Source: Nostoc sp. FACHB-152 (GTDB taxonomy: Bacteria > Cyanobacteriota > Cyanobacteriia > Cyanobacteriales > Nostocaceae). From it: a stretch of 40,000 bases of DNA. This document shows positions 35,990 through 40,000 of the stretch, piece by piece (the stretch's first letter is position 1; each line of letters starts with the position of its first letter). The notes under the pieces were generated by a model. It did not search any database. It worked only from the letters and a program-made list of their open reading frames with translations, and was not told the origin of the DNA. The stretch spans positions 21,515-61,514 of the forward strand of contig NZ_JACJRV010000002.1 in the NCBI RefSeq assembly GCF_014697475.1. Reading direction: 5' to 3'. The position numbers were made by a program, and so were the translations under genes.

Positions 35990-35997
35990 ATTATACA
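35990..35997 (-). promoter_or_regulatory. Possible extended -10 box (TGTATAAT) for mop
   Basis: The minus strand reads ...CATTTTGTATAATCTATATCTGCTACATTTATAAAG... about 100 nt upstream of the mop ATG. No clear -35. Confidence 0.25.
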
Positions 35998-36763
35998 AAA
36001 TGAGTTAACTAAGCGATCGCAAATAAAAATACTCCATTAGGGAGAAAAATTTAATTGCAATAAGTTGCAAAATTCATAGCTAATGGATGATTTATTTGCT
36101 TAAGATTTTTATACATAAATTGCACCAATAAAACTTAACTTCAAAAAATAAGTGTTGCCCAAAAAATAAACATATAAGACTCATTTTTTACTTTTGAAAA
36201 AATTCAGTATATTATTACCTACCTTCTTTGCTGTTGCCTATTGCCTGACTACACAAGTATGTTCAGTAATCAAACCGGATTCCTATATTTATATAGAGCG
36301 TTGGCTTTAAAAGCAGATTGAGTTAAAAGCATATTTTTTAAAATCTAATGTATTTCCTGATGCATTTTGATAATTTTTTGAGTTAATTAACTAATATCTT
36401 TAAGAGAATACACACTTGTTTATGGAACAAACTGATCAGAGTGATAATATATAAGTAAGCTAAATTGTTGCTAGTGAACCAAACTTCAGCAGCAAATGAT
36501 TACAGGGTTATCTAAGACGTTTCTACCTAAATCCTGGTACATCTGAAAGTTAGACAGACGATGCGATCGCTTCAACAAGATTTTAGGGAAAATGTGTAAA
36601 TCTTATACTTGCAATTAATGATTCTACTAAGTAGAACTTAGGGTTAATACTGCGTAATACCTGTGTCTAATTTTCCTAATGCTTAAACTAAGCAAACACA
36701 GTTTGGGAATAAGTGCAGCAGTTTAGAAATTCCCTTACTTGCAATACATAAGGAGCAGGAATT

Positions 36764-37390
36764 ATGCGAGCCAAACATATTATGACTCAAGATGTAGCTA
36801 CCATTCGCGGCTCTGCTACAGTAGCAGAAGCAGTGAAATTATTAAGGCTCAAACAACTGCAAGAATTAATTGTAGAACCTCGTCATAGTGGTGATGCTTA
36901 CGGTATTGTGACTGAGAGTGATATTGCAGGCAAAGTGGTTGCTTATGGAAAAGATCCTCAAAGAATTTATGTTTATGAAATAATGAGCAAACCCTGCGTC
37001 ACTGTAGATCCTGACCTTGATTTAGAATATGCTGCAAGGTTATTGATAAATACAGGAATGCGGAGTGCGCCTGTCATCCGAGGTGAATTACTTGGGATGA
37101 TTACTATCAGCGATATTATCCACAAAGGCGACTTTGTAGAAAAACCAAAACTCCTATTCTTGCAAAAAGAGATATATAAAGCTGTCTCGAATGCACGGGC
37201 AATTTCTGCGAACTACGGCCCCGACTCTAAACGCACAATTGAAGCTTGGGATTTCGTAGATGAACTCGAAGCTGAAGCTGGTTTTTATGGCGCACCCAAG
37301 CAAGAGAAATCTTCCAGAGAGCTATTCTCTGAAGAACCGAAACCAATGGTATCTGGGGAACAGCCTAACCAGACAATGAATGCTGTCTAA
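36764..37390 (+). CDS. CBS-domain pair fused to a CP12-like C-terminus (CBS-CP12 family)
   Basis: 208 aa. Two CBS motifs (IMTQDVATIRG...; IMSKPCVTVDP...GMITISDII), then ...NYGPDSKRTIEAWDFVDELEAEA, which resembles the CP12 core AWDxVEEL. Confidence 0.8.
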   Translation: MRAKHIMTQDVATIRGSATVAEAVKLLRLKQLQELIVEPRHSGDAYGIVTESDIAGKVVAYGKDPQRIYVYEIMSKPCVTVDPDLDLEYAARLLINTGMRSAPVIRGELLGMITISDIIHKGDFVEKPKLLFLQKEIYKAVSNARAISANYGPDSKRTIEAWDFVDELEAEAGFYGAPKQEKSSRELFSEEPKPMVSGEQPNQTMNAV

Positions 37391-37427
37391 TGAGGATGTC
37401 AGAGAAGTATTTCATACTTCTCTTGAT

Positions 37428-37514
37428 TACCCCCCTTAATCCCCCCTTTACAAGGGGGGAAACTAATAAATCTAATTCCCTCCCCTTTACAAGGGGAGGG
37501 TTAGGGAGGGGTAA
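37428..37514. repeat. Twin-hairpin inverted-repeat element
   Basis: CCCCCC-tttacaa-GGGGGG (37441-37459) and CCCTCCCC-tttacaa-GGGGAGGG (37468-37490). Both sit inside the outer arms TTACCCCCCTTAA / TTAGGGAGGGGTAA. Confidence 0.7.
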
Positions 37515-37606
37515 AAGTTCATCTCATAGACAGTATTTTCAAACAGTTTTTTATGAATGGTGGGCATTGTCCACCATTCCCTTTTGTTAGTGACTTGAGG
37601 CAATTT

Positions 37607-38071
37607 ATGAAGCAACACAGCCAACAAAGTTTGAGTAAAACAACTTGTGAATGGTTAGTAGCAAACAATTACAATCCTGAAGATTTAAATCAACCTGGGG
37701 AAAATGGCGATACAGCTTTGATGAAAGCTACCAGAGAAGGTAATTCTTCAGTCGTTCAAGAATTGATTAGTGTGGGTGCAGATATTAATGCCAGGAATAA
37801 CGATAATAACAATGCCTTATGGTTTGCTTGCTTTGGCAATCATTATGAATTAATTAATTTGCTTTTAAAAATGAAAATAAATATCGATAACCAAAATGAT
37901 AATGGCGCGACTGTTTTAATGTATGCAGCTTCGGCAGGCAAAGCAGAAGTTGTCAAGTTACTTTTACAACATCATCCCAATTTGAGTTTAAAAAATTTAG
38001 ACGATTACAAGGCTATAGATTTTGCCAGTACTGTCGAAGTTTTAAGGATGCTGAAAGATGCTGCAAAATGA
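37607..38071 (+). CDS. Ankyrin-repeat protein
   Basis: ATG 37607 (GAGG 7 nt upstream) is preferred over the track start 37553, which lies in a hairpin (AATGGTGG-gcattgt-CCACCATT). Ankyrin repeats: GDTALMKATREGNSSVVQELISVGADINARN, NNALWFACFGNHYELINLLL, GATVLMYAASAGKAEVVKLLL. Confidence 0.85.
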   Translation: MKQHSQQSLSKTTCEWLVANNYNPEDLNQPGENGDTALMKATREGNSSVVQELISVGADINARNNDNNNALWFACFGNHYELINLLLKMKINIDNQNDNGATVLMYAASAGKAEVVKLLLQHHPNLSLKNLDDYKAIDFASTVEVLRMLKDAAK

Positions 38072-39344
38072 TTTATCTAGCAAAAACTTTCATCAAGCGA
38101 CTAAACATTCTTACCTATCAGTGCAGCTTGATCCTAATTATATAGACTCTACAACTCAACCATCTGCTTTTAAGCGATATCCAAAATTTTATCGCAGATT
38201 GCAATTAAATCTCAATCATCCAATCCACTCATTCATTTATTTAACAAGTGCAATCACCCTAGAAAAGGCTTATAAGGATGTAGCCTACAAACTACGTGTA
38301 AATCCCTCGGCAGGTGGGCTATATCCTACCGAGATTTATGTACAAATTCGAGGAATTCCTGAAATAGTTGATGGCATCTACCATCTAGAAGTTGAGAATA
38401 ATTGTCTAACACTCATCTATGAATTAATAGATGATGGCTTAGAAAGTTATATTATACCGGGCAAATGTATCAGGGGAATCATTTTTTTAATTAGTTGCGT
38501 TTATTATAGGTCTAGTTGGAAATATAAAAACAGAAGTCTGAGATATTGCTTTTTAGATAGCGGACACCATTTGGGTACAATTGCCGCATCGGCTTATCTT
38601 CATGACAAAGATATCCAGCTAATTTTTGACTTTGATAAGTTAGCTCTTAACTTAGACTTAGGTTTTGAGAATAAAGAGTTTGTGACTGCTTGTGTTTTAT
38701 GTGGGGATGTAGAAGAAAAGAATCTCAGACGCTTAAGGCTGAAAGTTCCTTTTGTTTGTGGCACAGATTATTTTGAAGCTAATCAATTTATTGAAGATAG
38801 CTATGAGGTAACAGCGTTACAAAAGAGTTCCCAACAACAGCTAGAGCATCCAAAGTTTAAGTTTGACAAGGACAAATTTTATCAAACTGTTTGGCATAGA
38901 CGTTCAAGTAGACGTTTCCGGAAACAGGTAATTTCTCAAGAAGATTATTTCAGGATATTGCTAGAACTAAAGCAACCAATTCCAACAGAAAGTGGTGAAG
39001 CAATAAAAGTTTATTCAGTCGTGCATCGGGTTGAGGGGATATCCCCTGGGTTATATCAAGACAACCAGCTAATAAAAAGTGGCAATTTTAGCGAACATAC
39101 TGGTTATTTATGCATTAATCAAGCTATTGCTCGTGATTGTGCAGTAACTTTGTTTTTAGTGTCCGACTATACAAATTATCAAACCGCTATGCAATTAGCA
39201 GGTTTTCTAGGACACCGAGTTTACCTGAGTAGTAATTACTTGGGGATACAATGTAGCGCAATTGGTGCTTTTTATGATGATGAAACCCAGAGTTTCTTAG
39301 AAACGACAAAAGATATCCTCTACGCAATAGCTATTGGCAATTAG
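38058..39344 (+). CDS. SagB-type dehydrogenase / tandem nitroreductase-family protein
   Basis: 428 aa. FHQATKHSY...RVNPSAGGLYPTEIYV...YRSSWKYKNRSLRYCFLDSGH (SagB-type domain). The second half starts WHRRSSRRF (nitroreductase N-motif). 14-nt overlap with the ankyrin ORF. Confidence 0.75.
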   Translation: MLQNDLSSKNFHQATKHSYLSVQLDPNYIDSTTQPSAFKRYPKFYRRLQLNLNHPIHSFIYLTSAITLEKAYKDVAYKLRVNPSAGGLYPTEIYVQIRGIPEIVDGIYHLEVENNCLTLIYELIDDGLESYIIPGKCIRGIIFLISCVYYRSSWKYKNRSLRYCFLDSGHHLGTIAASAYLHDKDIQLIFDFDKLALNLDLGFENKEFVTACVLCGDVEEKNLRRLRLKVPFVCGTDYFEANQFIEDSYEVTALQKSSQQQLEHPKFKFDKDKFYQTVWHRRSSRRFRKQVISQEDYFRILLELKQPIPTESGEAIKVYSVVHRVEGISPGLYQDNQLIKSGNFSEHTGYLCINQAIARDCAVTLFLVSDYTNYQTAMQLAGFLGHRVYLSSNYLGIQCSAIGAFYDDETQSFLETTKDILYAIAIGN

Positions 39345-39361
39345 TAGTTTTGTAAGTAGGG

Positions 39362-39736
39362 ATGGTTAGGTATATGTATTATTTCAATGATGATTATCGT
39401 CCAATGCAGCTGACATCGGCAGATATTATTTTACGTCAACAATTAGAGCATTCTATTAGTAGATACTTTTACGAAGCGTGCGATCGCACAATTCAAAATC
39501 TTCTATCTAGTTGTCGATGGTATGTCACAACCGATGCCAATGCAATGACATTGGTAATTGAATGTACAGATCCCGTTACCAACTGGCGAGTCCTACAGAA
39601 AATCGTACCAATGGCAACATTACTCCAGACCATTGTTAGCAGTGCAAAAATTCGCGTTTGTCCTCCTGAAAGCCAAGGTATACCTTTTGAAATGAGGGTA
39701 GATGAACTCGCTGTTTACCGTGACATGGCTGGCTAG
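39362..39736 (+). CDS. Hypothetical protein (124 aa)
   Basis: An ORF with no motif I recognise. Alternative start at ATG 39374 (MYYFNDD...). Same strand, 17 nt after the SagB-type gene. Confidence 0.5.
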   Translation: MVRYMYYFNDDYRPMQLTSADIILRQQLEHSISRYFYEACDRTIQNLLSSCRWYVTTDANAMTLVIECTDPVTNWRVLQKIVPMATLLQTIVSSAKIRVCPPESQGIPFEMRVDELAVYRDMAG

Positions 39737-39770
39737 AAAAGTGCGTGAATGAGGAGAGTAGGAGAGGCCA

Positions 39771-39802
39771 ATTGACTATTGACCATTGACCATTGACCAA
39801 TT
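39771..39802. repeat. STRR heptamer run (ATTGACY x4)
   Basis: ATTGACT ATTGACC ATTGACC ATTGACC AATT. Overlaps the last codons of the minus-strand ORF. Confidence 0.85.
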
Positions 39803-40000
39803 ACAAATAATTGCAACTACCTCTTCAAAAACCAGGTCAGCAGAATGTTTAACTTCAGGGCTTAACTCTAGTCCAAAGCCAAGATTTGCCGCCTCAATTA
39901 AATAAACTGTCACATCTTCAGGAAAATCACCTTGAAATATTTTCCGTCCGGCGGCTAATGCATTATCCCATCGAAAATCATGCAAGTTATAACTAGGTTC
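39776..40000 (-). CDS. hupW: Hydrogenase maturation endopeptidase, C-terminal 74 codons (gene starts beyond window end)
   Basis: The frame is open to position 40000: EPSYNLHDFRWDNALAAGRKIF...VTVYLIEAANLGFGLELSPEVKHSADLVFEEV. This matches the C-terminal His and 'GxxLSPEV' region of HybD/HupW-type proteases. The symbol is inferred from my recollection that hupW lies near the nif cluster in Anabaena PCC 7120. Confidence 0.65.
   Translation of the reverse strand, partial: EPSYNLHDFRWDNALAAGRKIFQGDFPEDVTVYLIEAANLGFGLELSPEVKHSADLVFEEVVAIICNWSMVNGQ

Noticed and set aside
37390-37590. 66-aa ORF after the CBS-CP12 gene, and the 37553 start of the ankyrin ORF
   Set aside because: It is encoded by the twin-hairpin repeat (PFTRGE...PFTRGGLGRG). 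The start at 37553 lies inside a perfect 8-bp hairpin, while the ATG at 37607 has a GAGG RBS.
38917-38922. TCCGGA (DIF1-like heterocyst promoter word) within the palindrome TTTCCGGAAA
   Set aside because: It lies inside the SagB-type coding region. It is a single 6-mer occurrence with no downstream gene start.

Overview
The window comes from a heterocyst-forming Nostoc/Anabaena-type cyanobacterium. Evidence: many HIP1 (GCGATCGC) sites, STRR heptamer blocks and SDR/MITE-like hairpin repeats in intergenic DNA, and a nif-hesAB-fdxH gene set.

Right half (18.5-35.9 kb): one contiguous, uninterrupted Mo-nitrogenase cluster on the + strand. Order is nifB-fdxN-nifS-nifU-glbN-nifH-nifD-nifK-(Mo-nitrogenase C-terminal-domain ORF)-nifE-nifN-nifX-DUF269-DUF683-nifW-hesA-hesB-fdxH. 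It is followed by mop (-), a CBS-CP12 fusion, an ankyrin protein, a tandem-nitroreductase (SagB-type) protein, an unknown ORF, and a partial hupW-like hydrogenase protease at the window edge.

Left half: a partial rhomboid protease, a TPR-like protein, a decayed vapBC-like module plus a Uma2 nuclease wedged against uvrB, several small stress or unknown proteins, and an accessory island (about 8.2-16.5 kb).

Best candidate for an undescribed system: the same-strand gene string at 8637-13930 (-). It starts with a 1178-aa STAND NTPase made of an unknown N-terminal domain, a NACHT domain, and ten near-identical 34-aa HEAT-like repeats whose differences fall at a few fixed positions. hicA-hicB, a small ORF, a disrupted HNH gene and a 158-aa unknown follow it. 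A strictly phased 13 x 21-bp tandem array borders this string.

Other points worth a second look:
- a 50-bp ghost copy of the uvrB 3' end, which defines a 1.38-kb inserted cassette
- a protein with an exact 19-residue periodicity
- a methyltransferase-HIT fusion with a non-canonical histidine triad
- repeated TGAGTACAA words and 22-bp A-tract repeats upstream of nifB

All calls rest on reading the sequence and ORF translations by eye. No searches or folding programs were run. Hand-counted motif coordinates may be off by a few nt.
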